NCBI GenBank assembly: GCA_013540605.1
Contig: JABVCK010000007.1
Span: 27,231-91,230 of the forward strand
Length of the DNA stretch: 64,000 bases
Direction of reading: 5' to 3'
Source: Bacillota bacterium
Lineage (GTDB): Bacteria; Bacillota; Clostridia; Ch29
Position numbers and translations under genes: made by a program. This document shows, piece by piece, positions 36,253 through 46,396 of the stretch. The notes below the pieces were generated by a model. The model had not been told where the DNA came from. It saw only the letters and a program-made list of their open reading frames with translations, and ran no database searches. The first letter of the stretch is position 1; each line of letters begins with the position of its first letter.

Positions 36253-37299
36253 TTAGGGCAGTATCACAATATTGTTTGCTACGGGACGCTCCTTCCCATC
36301 AGAAGGTTTGTTTAATACCTTACCGTTATAATAGATAGCGCTTGAACCTCCTCCATCAAGGTTATACGCTTCCTTGACACCCAGTTTGAGCAGTTTATCC
36401 TGCAAATGCTCCAGGGTTACGCCTATGCTCCAATTCCCCTGCCTTCCGTCTATGACGATCATTATCAGGTCATCGTTTGCATATTTCCCTATTATTGTGC
36501 GGGGCTGGTTAGTCGCCATCCATTTTTCAGGGATGTCTACTTTTTTCCCGTCCTTAAGTAGTACCGGGATAAAACTGACTCCCTGGTAGGGCTTGAGCCT
36601 CATAATATCATTCTCTGTGCTGGGTACTGTACCTATCACCTGGCCGTTCCTATTGATGCCTGCAAAAAAGAGATCCCCGGGATACCCATTGAACGGTTCT
36701 ACAAGTTTGCCGTCCACAACGGTGTTCCCTATCAGCTGGGCATAGCTTTTTCCATTTCGGTTCTCGGTGTAAAAGCCTCCTCCATTGATTGCAAGTATGG
36801 CCCCTTTCCTCTTCGCGGCGCTGGAGGTTGTCTCCAGCTCGCCGAGGGTATCCCCTGCAATAACCACCTTAAACGCTTTCGGGTCAAACAGCTTTACCTT
36901 TGCAATATAGCCCCTATAACCCAACTCCGCCAGTTCAAAGATTTTTATCTCCACCCTGTCGGATATGTGAGCTGCAACTGCCGGCCCAAGCATGTCAAGG
37001 ATTTTCTGTTCATAGATATCGTCAGAGAGCTTTCTTTGTGATGCGCTAAGCTCGGATAGTCCGGCCAGATCCTTGTACTGCTCGCTAAAGGTCTGCTGCT
37101 GCTCTTCAGCGAGCATCCCCAAACTGTATATACTCTCCTGGAGATCGTAGATGCCGTTATGGAGCTCATCTACCTGTTCAGCCAGTACCGTTGTAGGCAG
37201 CTGCATGTGTTTACTGCTATCCGCAAAGCCTGTGCTGACAAGGAAGAGTGCCAAAAAGGGCGCCGCCAGAAATAACATGAAATAATTAATTCTGTACAT
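36253..37299 (-). CDS. Phosphodiester glycosidase family protein (DUF2233/NAGPA-like)
   Basis: 348 aa. Signal/anchor sequence, then AINGGGF ... NLDGGGSS motifs. Confidence 0.78.
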   Translation of the reverse strand: MYRINYFMLFLAAPFLALFLVSTGFADSSKHMQLPTTVLAEQVDELHNGIYDLQESIYSLGMLAEEQQQTFSEQYKDLAGLSELSASQRKLSDDIYEQKILDMLGPAVAAHISDRVEIKIFELAELGYRGYIAKVKLFDPKAFKVVIAGDTLGELETTSSAAKRKGAILAINGGGFYTENRNGKSYAQLIGNTVVDGKLVEPFNGYPGDLFFAGINRNGQVIGTVPSTENDIMRLKPYQGVSFIPVLLKDGKKVDIPEKWMATNQPRTIIGKYANDDLIMIVIDGRQGNWSIGVTLEHLQDKLLKLGVKEAYNLDGGGSSAIYYNGKVLNKPSDGKERPVANNIVILP

Positions 37300-37702
37300 T
37301 TGGGGCCTCCTTTAAGATGTTTAGGCTTCGCTGCAGTTCCTGAAGCCGCTCGTCCAGTTCTTCCAGCTTCTTGTCAATATTTTTCTGCACCGACCGGGAG
37401 CTGGATATGGTTGAATCCGCATCCTCTATGCTCTCTTTCAGCTTGCTGATCTCCTGTGTCATAATCTCTATCCTGTCAGACAGCCCCTGGAGGTTGAGCG
37501 CATTCTCCTGCTGTACATTCCTGATGGCAGTGTCTACGTATTCCTTGGCATAAGTATACCCATAGTACGCTGCAGCCGACCAAACACCCGCACTAACCAG
37601 AAATATTATTATATTAATCCAGACCTTGCGGCTCTTCCGTTTTTCCCTCTTTGCCCTGGTCCTGCCTTGTCCTATTTCCTGCGGCGTAAGGTTATTTTCC
37701 AT
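37286..37702 (-). CDS. Hypothetical membrane-anchored coiled-coil protein
   Basis: 138 aa. Basic N-terminus, one TM helix, then a heptad-rich helical tail. Overlaps the downstream gene by 14 nt. Confidence 0.55.
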   Translation of the reverse strand: MENNLTPQEIGQGRTRAKREKRKSRKVWINIIIFLVSAGVWSAAAYYGYTYAKEYVDTAIRNVQQENALNLQGLSDRIEIMTQEISKLKESIEDADSTISSSRSVQKNIDKKLEELDERLQELQRSLNILKEAPNVQN

Positions 37703-37807
37703 GATAGCTACTTCATCCTTTCTAAAATATCCTTATAGAAAATATGCTAACTTAAATCCTCCCACTTATCAAGCCAAATTCCATATTAAGGAATGTACCC
37801 CTATGTA

Positions 37808-37847
37808 AATAAAATAAAGTAGTAGCCCACCCTTAAGGGTGAGCTAC
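37808..37847 (-). terminator. Rho-independent terminator of the nitroreductase gene
   Basis: Minus strand reads GTAGCTCACCC(ttaa)GGGTGGGCTAC followed by a T-rich tract. Confidence 0.7.
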
Positions 37848-37858
37848 GTCTACGTCGA

Positions 37859-38389
37859 CTAGTACTTGTTTCCGTATGTGTTCCTATAAACCTTCTCGTA
37901 TGGAAGGCTTTCTTCGCTGTGCGGCTCTTTAATCTCATCGGGATAACCCAGCGCAACAATCGCTTCAACATTTATGTTGGCGGGTATTCCTAATATTTCT
38001 TTTACGCATTCCTCGGCTGTCTTATTTCCATCGTGCATCCTTTTTCTTATCTGAATCCAGCATGAGCCCAATCCCAGATCTTCAGCAGTAAGCTGGATAA
38101 TTGTCGCTGCTATTGAGGCATCCTCTACCCAGACATCACTTTTAGCGCTGTCCGCAAGAATAACGATACCGACAGGAGCGTTCTTCAGGAAGGTTGAACC
38201 GTAATCCTTTGCCCTTGACAGTTTCTGCAAGATTTCCCTGTCGTCCACTACTACAATCTCCCACGGTCTGCTGTTCTTTGAAGTGGGGGATAATAGCGCT
38301 GCCTTCACCAGTTTATCCACCACCTCCCTGGGCGGCACCTCATCCTTATACTTTCTTATACTCCTTCTCTTGGTAAGCAGCTCAAGCAT
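37859..38389 (-). CDS. Nitroreductase family protein
   Basis: 176 aa. The RRSIRKY motif and overall pattern match FMN nitroreductases. Confidence 0.82.
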   Translation of the reverse strand: MLELLTKRRSIRKYKDEVPPREVVDKLVKAALLSPTSKNSRPWEIVVVDDREILQKLSRAKDYGSTFLKNAPVGIVILADSAKSDVWVEDASIAATIIQLTAEDLGLGSCWIQIRKRMHDGNKTAEECVKEILGIPANINVEAIVALGYPDEIKEPHSEESLPYEKVYRNTYGNKY

Positions 38390-38465
38390 TCCAAAACCTC
38401 CTATTCACATTTTTATTTATAATTAATATACACCTGTAACCGCTCATATCATACTAACTTATGAG

Positions 38466-39368
38466 CTAAGGAAACCTCCTGAAGCTATCCCTGGTAAAAG
38501 TCCATTCGGGAGTATACAGCTTGTCTGCAAAATCCAGTTCGTACCACGGACTTATTTCCTTGTTCACCGGGTTTTTCAGTATATGGATTTCCTGGGCGGG
38601 CATATAGCTTTGCGCGAGCATGAATACCCGCTTGCCGGTATCTTTGTCCTCCGCCATATCCACAACTATCACCGCATGCCCCGGACTGCCTCCCTGTATT
38701 ATCACGTCCCCTATCATAAGCTGCTCCGGCTCAATGGGCTTCAGTTCTTTTTCCAAAGAGAGCGTCCCTGCATAAGCGAACACTATGTTCAAGTAGCTTC
38801 TAAAATCCGAATAGGTGTTGGACCGTTCCGCCCTCTGGACCCAGGACGTTGAGTTCCCGTTGATTGCTATCCGGTTCCCCTGCATCCACTTTGAATAATC
38901 CGCCCTGAACCCGTTTGTAAAGTTAAAATGTATTTCATCGTATCTCTGCCGCTTGTACAAATACTCCGCCCTCAGCCTCATAACCGCGTCTGCACACTGC
39001 TGCAGGTCCCTGTCCCCAACGTCCATGTCCACTACTGCTTCATATACATCATTATGCTTGACCCGCCCGTCAAAATACAGCACTTTGGACCCATGGGGCT
39101 TTAACGGCAGGTTCCTCAGATATTCGCCGAAGGACCCCTCCTCAACTGCCACCCTTTCAAATCCCTTAGGGACTATTATTCTCGTTTCCACAGTATTCCC
39201 CTCTTGATCTATCAGTCCATCGTACGTTTCCCTGGAGGCGTCGTCTACATCTCCTATTGTTATGGGGCCTTTCTCCGTATCCGAATGATTAATCGCACAT
39301 GATGCCGGTATCAATACACCCAACATCAGTACTGCCAGTGCTGATGCAACAAGTTTAGCATTTCCCAT
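38466..39368 (-). CDS. DUF4846-like lipoprotein
   Basis: The ATG at 39368 follows AGGAGAGGTG (the ORF track starts at 39458). Signal peptide with a Cys lipobox (IPASC). The DUF4846 assignment is from memory of family features. Confidence 0.55.
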   Translation of the reverse strand: MGNAKLVASALAVLMLGVLIPASCAINHSDTEKGPITIGDVDDASRETYDGLIDQEGNTVETRIIVPKGFERVAVEEGSFGEYLRNLPLKPHGSKVLYFDGRVKHNDVYEAVVDMDVGDRDLQQCADAVMRLRAEYLYKRQRYDEIHFNFTNGFRADYSKWMQGNRIAINGNSTSWVQRAERSNTYSDFRSYLNIVFAYAGTLSLEKELKPIEPEQLMIGDVIIQGGSPGHAVIVVDMAEDKDTGKRVFMLAQSYMPAQEIHILKNPVNKEISPWYELDFADKLYTPEWTFTRDSFRRFP

Positions 39369-39438
39369 ACTCAGCACCTCTCCTGTCAAGGGTTGATATA
39401 GTCTATTGCATAGTCTTCGTTTTTCTACCAATTTACCA

Positions 39439-41649
39439 CTACTGTACAATATTGTCAACTAAACCGTCGTGACAGCCCTTTTCAGCCAGTCTTCTTGCAA
39501 GCATTGTATTCCTTTTTGTCGTTTTATTGTTTCTGACCGCCATCCCCAGAGCCTTTTTAGTGCCTATTGCTACAAATATCTTCTTTGCCCGCGTAACACA
39601 GGTGTAGAGGAGGTTTCTTTGCAGCATCATATAGTGCTGCATCGTGAAGGGCGCAACAACAATGCTGAACTCGCTGCCCTGGCTCTTGTGCACCGTTATG
39701 GCATATGCCAGCACTACCTCATCCATTTCGGTTATATCGTATTCCACATCTTTTTCATCAAAGCTTAACAAAAGCTTCTTCTCCTCAAGGTCGATGTGCT
39801 TGATTGTTCCAATATCTCCGTTGAAGACGCCCTTGTCATAGTTATTTTTAACCTGCATGATTTTATCGTTTGTTTTGAATACGGTCCCGCCATACCTGAT
39901 TGAAACCTTTGATGGATTCAGCGCTTCCTGGAGTACCGCGTTCAGGTTTACCGCCCCCGCATCCCCCCTCTGCATCGGACAAAGTACCTGAATATCCCTT
40001 ATTGGGTCTACCCTGTAATACGCGGGCAGCCTGCTTGTGCACAACTGTTTTATGTGTTCGGGTATTCTTTCGGGCAGTTCCTCCTCTATGAAGAAAAAAT
40101 CACTGTTTCTTCCGCCCTGTATTTTGGGAAACTCACCCCTGTTGATGCGATGGGCATTCGTAATAATCGCGCTTCCCTGGGCCTGCCTGAAAATCCTGTT
40201 TAGTTTCACCACTTCAACGCTTTCCGATTCTATGATATCCCGGAGGACATTTCCCGCTCCCACCGATGGTAGTTGGTCGGCATCTCCAACCAGAATTACC
40301 GTAGCAGCATCCGGCACCGCTTTGAGCAGGTTATACATTAGAATTACATCTACCATTGAGGTCTCATCTACTATAAGCACATCACACTCCAGAGGCTGCC
40401 CGGCATTTTTCTTATAGCCCTCCGCAGGCTTGTACTCAAGCAGTCTGTGAATCGTTCTGGCCTCCATACCCGTAGTTTCTGTCATGCGCTTGGCAGCCCT
40501 TCCTGTGGGGGCGGCAAGCAGCACTCTCCTTCCCATCGCGGTAAACGCCTTTATTATCGCCAGGGTTGTGGTGGTCTTCCCCGTACCGGGCCCGCCGGTC
40601 AGGACCATGAATTTGGACGATAAAGCAGTCTTTATTGCCTCTACCTGCACTTCATCATATTTTATCCCGCATTCCGCCTGAATTCTTTCTATGAGTTTTG
40701 AATAATCCGATGTTTGAAGGGGAGTATTCAGCTCCCTAACTCTCCTGGCAATTCCCACTTCGCTGTGAAAAAACGGAGGCAGGTATATGGCATCCTCATA
40801 ATCCGGTATTATTGTTTTTTCCGACAGCATCTTTTCTATTGCCGGATTTATGTTTTCTTCCTCCTGTTCAAGTACCTTCATGGATTCCTCCGTAAGCTGC
40901 TGCCGGGTGGCATAGCAGTGGCCTTCGTTGGAAAGCTCATTCAGCACATATATTATCCCTGCCCTGCATCTTTCGTAGGAATCCTTGTCAAACCCCATCT
41001 TTTGAGCAATCCTGTCGGCAGTCTTAAACCCTATTCCCCAAATTTCATCCGCCAGCCTATAGGGATTTTCCCTGACCACTTTGATACTCTCGTTACCGTA
41101 GGCCTTAAATATTTTAACCGCATAGGCGGTAGATACGCCGTTGCTCTGGAGGAACAGCATAACGTTCTTTATTTCCTTCTGGTCCTGCCATGCCTTTTTT
41201 ATCATCTCTACCCTTTTGGGACCTATTCCATCGACCTCAATAAGGCTGTCCGGTTCTTCCTCGATTATCCTGATGGTATCTTCCTTGAACTGCCTTACAA
41301 TCCTTTTGGCGTTAACCGGCCCTATTCCTTTTATTAGGCCGCTTCCAAGGTATTTTTCAATACCTGCCACCGTTGCCGGTATGGCCTCCCGGTAATCCTG
41401 GACAACAAACTGTTTCCCGTACTTGCCGTCCATCTTCCAGTCGCCTCTCAGTTTGACAATAGCTCCCACATTGACGCCAGCAAGGTTCCCAACAACAGTA
41501 ACAAGCTCCCTAAAACCCATGGACTTGATTTTTAGCACGCAAAACCCGTTTTCTTCATTTTCAAATGTTATTCTTTCAACAACACCCATCAGCGTTTTCA
41601 TAGTAAACCTATAGGCCTCCGTTAAAAGGTGATCTTTTATCGTTTTCAC
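39439..41649 (-). CDS. recD2: SF1B ATP-dependent RecD-like DNA helicase
   Basis: 736 aa. N-terminal OB/HhH region, Walker A GGPGTGKTT, DETSMV motif and a C-terminal SH3-like/2B region. Confidence 0.9.
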   Translation of the reverse strand: MKTIKDHLLTEAYRFTMKTLMGVVERITFENEENGFCVLKIKSMGFRELVTVVGNLAGVNVGAIVKLRGDWKMDGKYGKQFVVQDYREAIPATVAGIEKYLGSGLIKGIGPVNAKRIVRQFKEDTIRIIEEEPDSLIEVDGIGPKRVEMIKKAWQDQKEIKNVMLFLQSNGVSTAYAVKIFKAYGNESIKVVRENPYRLADEIWGIGFKTADRIAQKMGFDKDSYERCRAGIIYVLNELSNEGHCYATRQQLTEESMKVLEQEEENINPAIEKMLSEKTIIPDYEDAIYLPPFFHSEVGIARRVRELNTPLQTSDYSKLIERIQAECGIKYDEVQVEAIKTALSSKFMVLTGGPGTGKTTTTLAIIKAFTAMGRRVLLAAPTGRAAKRMTETTGMEARTIHRLLEYKPAEGYKKNAGQPLECDVLIVDETSMVDVILMYNLLKAVPDAATVILVGDADQLPSVGAGNVLRDIIESESVEVVKLNRIFRQAQGSAIITNAHRINRGEFPKIQGGRNSDFFFIEEELPERIPEHIKQLCTSRLPAYYRVDPIRDIQVLCPMQRGDAGAVNLNAVLQEALNPSKVSIRYGGTVFKTNDKIMQVKNNYDKGVFNGDIGTIKHIDLEEKKLLLSFDEKDVEYDITEMDEVVLAYAITVHKSQGSEFSIVVAPFTMQHYMMLQRNLLYTCVTRAKKIFVAIGTKKALGMAVRNNKTTKRNTMLARRLAEKGCHDGLVDNIVQ

Positions 41650-41698
41650 GCCATATCTTTCTTATAAGTCTATTTAAATAGTTGCCACGCTTCCTGTC

Positions 41699-43579
41699 CT
41701 AGACTGCTTTTTCGGCAGGTTTCCCACCCGCAAACTGGCTGTTGTAAAGATCCGCATAGAAGCCTCCCCTGGCCATAAGCTCTTTATGGCTACCCTTTTC
41801 TACGATGCTGCCCTCATTCATAACGAGTATGAAATCTGCATCGCGGATTGTAGACAGCCTGTGGGCAATTACAAAACTCGTCCTGCCTTTCATAAGCTCT
41901 GCCATGGCCCTCTGTATATGGACCTCGGTTCTTGTATCCACACTGCTTGTGGCCTCATCAAGAATAAGTATTGCCGGATTAGCCAGTATTGCTCGGGCAA
42001 TAGTCAAAAGCTGCTTTTGACCCTGGGAAATATTTGAGGCCTCTTCATTGAGTACGGTGTCATAACCATCGGGAAGGGTCCTGATAAAGTGGTCGGCGTG
42101 AGCCGCCTTTGCTGCCCGAACAATCTCTTCGTCGGTAGCCCCCTCACGGCCGTAAGCTATATTATCCCTTATTGTACCGTTAAACAGCCATGTATCCTGA
42201 AGCACCATGCCGAAAATGCTGCGTAGGCTTTCGCGTTTCAATTCTCTTATGTCTACGCCGTCAACGGTTATCTTACCACCGCTTATTTCATAGAAACGCA
42301 TCAACAGGTTCACCAGCGTCGTTTTGCCTGCGCCGGTCGGACCCACGATTGCAACGGTCTGCCCGGGCTTGACATCAATATTCATATTCCTGATAAGGGT
42401 AACGTCTTCGCTGTAGCCGAAATCCACGTTTTGGAATTTAACCTCACCCCTCGGAAACCGGATTGCCATGGCATCTGTGCTGTCTGGCGTCTCTTCGACC
42501 TCGTCAAGAAGTTCAAAAACGCGCTCAGCCGATGCAACGGTGGACTGAATAATATTTGAAATATTGGCAGTCTGGTTTAACGGCTGGGTAAACTGCCTGG
42601 AGTATTGGATAAAGGCCTGGACATCACCTATTTCAATGGCCCTTCTGGTTACAAGGATACCGCCAACGACACTGACGAACACGTATGCAATATTATTGAG
42701 GAAGGTCATAAAGGGCATGATGATACCGGAAATAAACTGTGCTTTCCAGCCCGCCTCATACAGCCTATCGTTTATTTTATTGAAAGCATCGATCGATGCG
42801 CTCTCCCGTCCGTAAGCCTTTACTATCCTATGCCCGGTATACATCTCTTCAACATGGCCGTTAAGCTCACCGAGCGCCTTCTGCTGTGCGGCAAAGTATT
42901 TTTGCAAACGGGATACTATGGGTTTTGTCACAAAGACATAAAGGGGCAGCGTCATTATGCAAATAAAGGTCATCAGGGGGCTGATAGTCAACATCATAGC
43001 CACAACACCAACGAGGGTGATTATGGAGGTAATGAGCTGTGTAATACTCTGCTGCAGTGTATTGCTGATATTATCAACGTCATTCGTAACACGGCTCAAG
43101 ATTTCACCATGGGTATGCGAATCATAGAATTTCAGAGGCAGCCGTGAAAGCTTGTCGTTAATATCCTTACGCATATCAAAAACGGTCTTCTGCGCTACGC
43201 CCGCCATGACGAACTGCTGTACATAGCTGAAAAAGGCGCTTATAAGATACAGGCCACCCAGAATCACGAGTATCCGAAGTATATAGTCAAAATCCACTCC
43301 GGCGCCGGGAACGCCCTTATATTTCGCCATAAGGCCTTCAAATAGCTTGGTTGTGGCTTTACCCATAACCTTGGGGCTAACAATGCTGAAAATCACACTG
43401 AGTATAGCCGTCAGCAGCACCTGAAAAAGCTGAAATTTTCGGGGTTTTAAGTAACCTATAAGCCTTACCAGCGTGCCTTTAAAATCCTTCGCCTTTTCTA
43501 CGGGCATTCCCATGCGCGGCCCTCCAAAAGCCCTGCCGGGCATCCCTATTGGATTATGCCTTCCACGCTCTTCACTCAT
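41699..43579 (-). CDS. ABC exporter, fused permease/ATPase
   Basis: 626 aa. 6-TM domain followed by GPTGAGKTT, LSQGQKQLL and ILILDEATS motifs. Confidence 0.9.
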   Translation of the reverse strand: MSEERGRHNPIGMPGRAFGGPRMGMPVEKAKDFKGTLVRLIGYLKPRKFQLFQVLLTAILSVIFSIVSPKVMGKATTKLFEGLMAKYKGVPGAGVDFDYILRILVILGGLYLISAFFSYVQQFVMAGVAQKTVFDMRKDINDKLSRLPLKFYDSHTHGEILSRVTNDVDNISNTLQQSITQLITSIITLVGVVAMMLTISPLMTFICIMTLPLYVFVTKPIVSRLQKYFAAQQKALGELNGHVEEMYTGHRIVKAYGRESASIDAFNKINDRLYEAGWKAQFISGIIMPFMTFLNNIAYVFVSVVGGILVTRRAIEIGDVQAFIQYSRQFTQPLNQTANISNIIQSTVASAERVFELLDEVEETPDSTDAMAIRFPRGEVKFQNVDFGYSEDVTLIRNMNIDVKPGQTVAIVGPTGAGKTTLVNLLMRFYEISGGKITVDGVDIRELKRESLRSIFGMVLQDTWLFNGTIRDNIAYGREGATDEEIVRAAKAAHADHFIRTLPDGYDTVLNEEASNISQGQKQLLTIARAILANPAILILDEATSSVDTRTEVHIQRAMAELMKGRTSFVIAHRLSTIRDADFILVMNEGSIVEKGSHKELMARGGFYADLYNSQFAGGKPAEKAV

Positions 43580-45318
43580 GCGAGTTCCTCCTCCGAAAGC
43601 TGTGATGATACAATTTCACGATATATCCCGCAGGTGCTCATAAGCTCCTTATGTTTGCCGATCCCTGCAACCCGGCCCTCATCCATAACAATAATCCTGT
43701 CCGCATCCATAACGGTGCTAACTCTCTGCGCTACGAGAATCACGGCAGCATCCGCCGTTTCCCTTTTGAGCGCCTCACGCAGCTTTGCATCGGTTTTAAA
43801 ATCAAGGGCTGAAAAACTATCGTCAAATACATATATTTCGGGCCTTCTAACCAGCGCCCGGGCGATGGAAAGGCGCTGTTTCTGGCCTCCCGATACATTG
43901 GTTCCCCCTTGGGCTATAACCGTTTCATACCCTTCTTTCATGCCCGAGATAAATTCGGCTGCCTGGGCGATTCTAGCGGCGCGTTCAATTTCTTCGTCGG
44001 TCGCGTCTTCCCTGCCATACCTTATATTGTCCGCAATGGTTCCGGTAAAAAGGATAGAGGTTTGCGGAACAAAACCTATTTTTGTTCTAAGGCTTTCCTG
44101 GGTCATTTCCCTGATATCGACACCGTCAATCAGAATGCTGCCGCTGTCGACGTCGTAGAAGCGGAGAATAAGGTTTACCAGCGTTGATTTGCCTGACCCT
44201 GTACCGCCGATGATAGCAGTCACTTCGCCTGGGCGGGCGCTGAAAGAAATATTGCTGACGGCAGGCCTTTCCGCACCCGGATAGCTGAATGTAACGTCAT
44301 TGAATTCCACCAGGCCTTTGCCAAAATCAGCATTTTTGGCATGCTCCGGGTCCTGGATTCCCGGGGCAATGTCAAACACCTCATTAATTCTTACGGCAGA
44401 AGCTGAAGCCCGGGGAATCATGACAAACACCATCGAAACCATGATAAGAGAGAACATAATCTGCATAACATACTGAATAAACGCCATCAGGCTACCGACC
44501 TGCATGTTTCCGTTGTCGATGCGGATACCGCCGAACCAGATTATTGCAATGGTGGTAAAGTTAAGGACCAGCATCATACCCGGCATCAGCACAGCCATTA
44601 TCCGGTGGACCTTTATCGTCGTATCAGTAAGATCAAGGCTTGCATCGCTAAAACGCTTCTTCTCGTAGTTGATACGGTTAAAAGCCCTTATTACCCTGAT
44701 GCCGGTGAGACCCTCCCGCAGAACCAGGTTTAATCTGTCGAGCTTCCCCTGTATTGTTTTAAAGAGGGGCATGCCCTTACGTGCAACGACAAGGATTGCG
44801 GCGGCAAGCAGCGGAATGACAGCAACAATCACCAGCGAAAGCGTCGCATCCATCGATACCGCCATGATCACTCCTCCAACACACATCATAGGCGCCATTG
44901 CCATCATCCGCAGCAGCATCAGCACTACCTGCTGGATCTGTGTGATATCATTTGTGGTCCTTGTAATGAGAGACGCTGTGCCTATCCTGTCAAACTCATG
45001 CAAAGAAAAACTTCCAACCCTTGAAAAAACCCTGTTCCGGAGGGTTTTGCCGAACCCCGTTGCAGTTTTCGCTGATAAAAGGCTTGCCAGTATTGCACAT
45101 ATAGAACCTGCGGCGGCAACAAGAAGCATTAGCCCTCCAACCCTTATCATATAATTGGTATCGCCGTTGACTATACCGATGTCCACAATATCCGCCATCA
45201 ATGTAGGCAAATACAGCTGGGAAAGGGATTGAAAAAACATGAGGGCCAAAACCGCGATCACAGAGCCTGTATACGGCTTCAAGAACCTGAATAATCTAAT
45301 CATAATCTTCATCTCCAT
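43576..45318 (-). CDS. ABC exporter, fused permease/ATPase (heterodimer partner)
   Basis: 580 aa. GGTGSGKST, VSGGQKQRL and IYVFDDSFS motifs. 4-nt overlap with the partner gene. Confidence 0.9.
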   Translation of the reverse strand: MEMKIMIRLFRFLKPYTGSVIAVLALMFFQSLSQLYLPTLMADIVDIGIVNGDTNYMIRVGGLMLLVAAAGSICAILASLLSAKTATGFGKTLRNRVFSRVGSFSLHEFDRIGTASLITRTTNDITQIQQVVLMLLRMMAMAPMMCVGGVIMAVSMDATLSLVIVAVIPLLAAAILVVARKGMPLFKTIQGKLDRLNLVLREGLTGIRVIRAFNRINYEKKRFSDASLDLTDTTIKVHRIMAVLMPGMMLVLNFTTIAIIWFGGIRIDNGNMQVGSLMAFIQYVMQIMFSLIMVSMVFVMIPRASASAVRINEVFDIAPGIQDPEHAKNADFGKGLVEFNDVTFSYPGAERPAVSNISFSARPGEVTAIIGGTGSGKSTLVNLILRFYDVDSGSILIDGVDIREMTQESLRTKIGFVPQTSILFTGTIADNIRYGREDATDEEIERAARIAQAAEFISGMKEGYETVIAQGGTNVSGGQKQRLSIARALVRRPEIYVFDDSFSALDFKTDAKLREALKRETADAAVILVAQRVSTVMDADRIIVMDEGRVAGIGKHKELMSTCGIYREIVSSQLSEEELA

Positions 45319-45764
45319 TCAGCTTTCTTATCACAAACCTTTGCAAGATTGTCGCGCATTTGCAGCAGCAGCCTGCGGAGCAGAACCTGTTCTTCTGCCG
45401 TAAAATTATGAAAGCATTCCGCTTCCAGGATTTCTAAGGTCCCCTTAACCTCTTCGACGACTTCTTGTCCCCGCTCGGTAAGATAAACCCTCGAAACCCG
45501 CTGGTCATCAGGGTCCTGGCGGCGCTCCACAAGCCCCATCTTTTCCATTCTCCTCAGCATTACCGTAATAGTAGCAGGCTTAATATTTAGCTTGCCGGCC
45601 AGGTCGGTCTGGCTCTGACCGCCTTCCCGGTATAGCTCAAGCAGCATCGGAGGCTGCCCGGGATAAAGCCCTACTTTGTCAAGCAGCATATGGGCACGGT
45701 GATGGTGAAGCCGCATCACCTGTGAAAATACATGATACAAAGAATCGGGTTTGTTAAAGTACAT
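45309..45764 (-). CDS. MarR family transcriptional regulator
   Basis: The ATG at 45764 follows GGGAGGAA (the ORF track starts at 45860). Winged-HTH segment (QTDLAGKLNIKPATITVMLRRMEKMGLV). Heads the ABC pair. Confidence 0.85.
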   Translation of the reverse strand: MYFNKPDSLYHVFSQVMRLHHHRAHMLLDKVGLYPGQPPMLLELYREGGQSQTDLAGKLNIKPATITVMLRRMEKMGLVERRQDPDDQRVSRVYLTERGQEVVEEVKGTLEILEAECFHNFTAEEQVLLRRLLLQMRDNLAKVCDKKAEWR

Positions 45765-45914
45765 TTGCTTTCCTCCCAATTTATTTAGTCGGCTAAACAT
45801 ATCTATATGATAGCATTGCATATATCTTTTAGTCAATCCCTTTATTTTTCTTGTTAGCACGATTATGGAAAACGAATAACAGGCCTATATCGCTGTCGTG
45901 GAATACTTAGCTGG

Positions 45915-46313
45915 CTAAACAGCTAAGCCGTTATAGAGATACTTACAGTAAATATATTTGATTTTTAATACATATAATAAAGGCGGATATTGTATTTCTT
46001 TTTCTGTGCGAAGTACGAACAGGTAGTATCCCCTTTCCCTGGGCAATATAATCTGTCTCTTTCCATCTGTACTGATCAGGGCAAGATCGTCCTGGTCTAT
46101 CTCTTTATCCACCATCTGCGCTGTTAATTTTAGAATGCAGCAATCCAATAGTTTTCTTTGTTCCGGATACACAACCTCAAGCGTTTCTCCGGCCGAGAAA
46201 CTCGCAGACCATGAAGAATTGTTCGCGAGATAAAAGGACCTGATGTTCTCAAGTAAAACAGACGAATGCACGCGTTTTATGTGCCCTGCCGGTCTCAAAT
46301 AGAGGGCATTCAT
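45915..46313 (-). CDS. Hypothetical protein
   Basis: 132 aa ORF, no recognisable family. Preceded on the transcript by a 12-bp stem hairpin. Confidence 0.4.
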   Translation of the reverse strand: MNALYLRPAGHIKRVHSSVLLENIRSFYLANNSSWSASFSAGETLEVVYPEQRKLLDCCILKLTAQMVDKEIDQDDLALISTDGKRQIILPRERGYYLFVLRTEKEIQYPPLLYVLKIKYIYCKYLYNGLAV

Positions 46314-46396
46314 ATTGCCGTTTTCAAATGGGTTAAACCATACTTTCTTTAGTTTAACCCATTAAACCGGAAATGCCAATATATTGGACAATGCAA

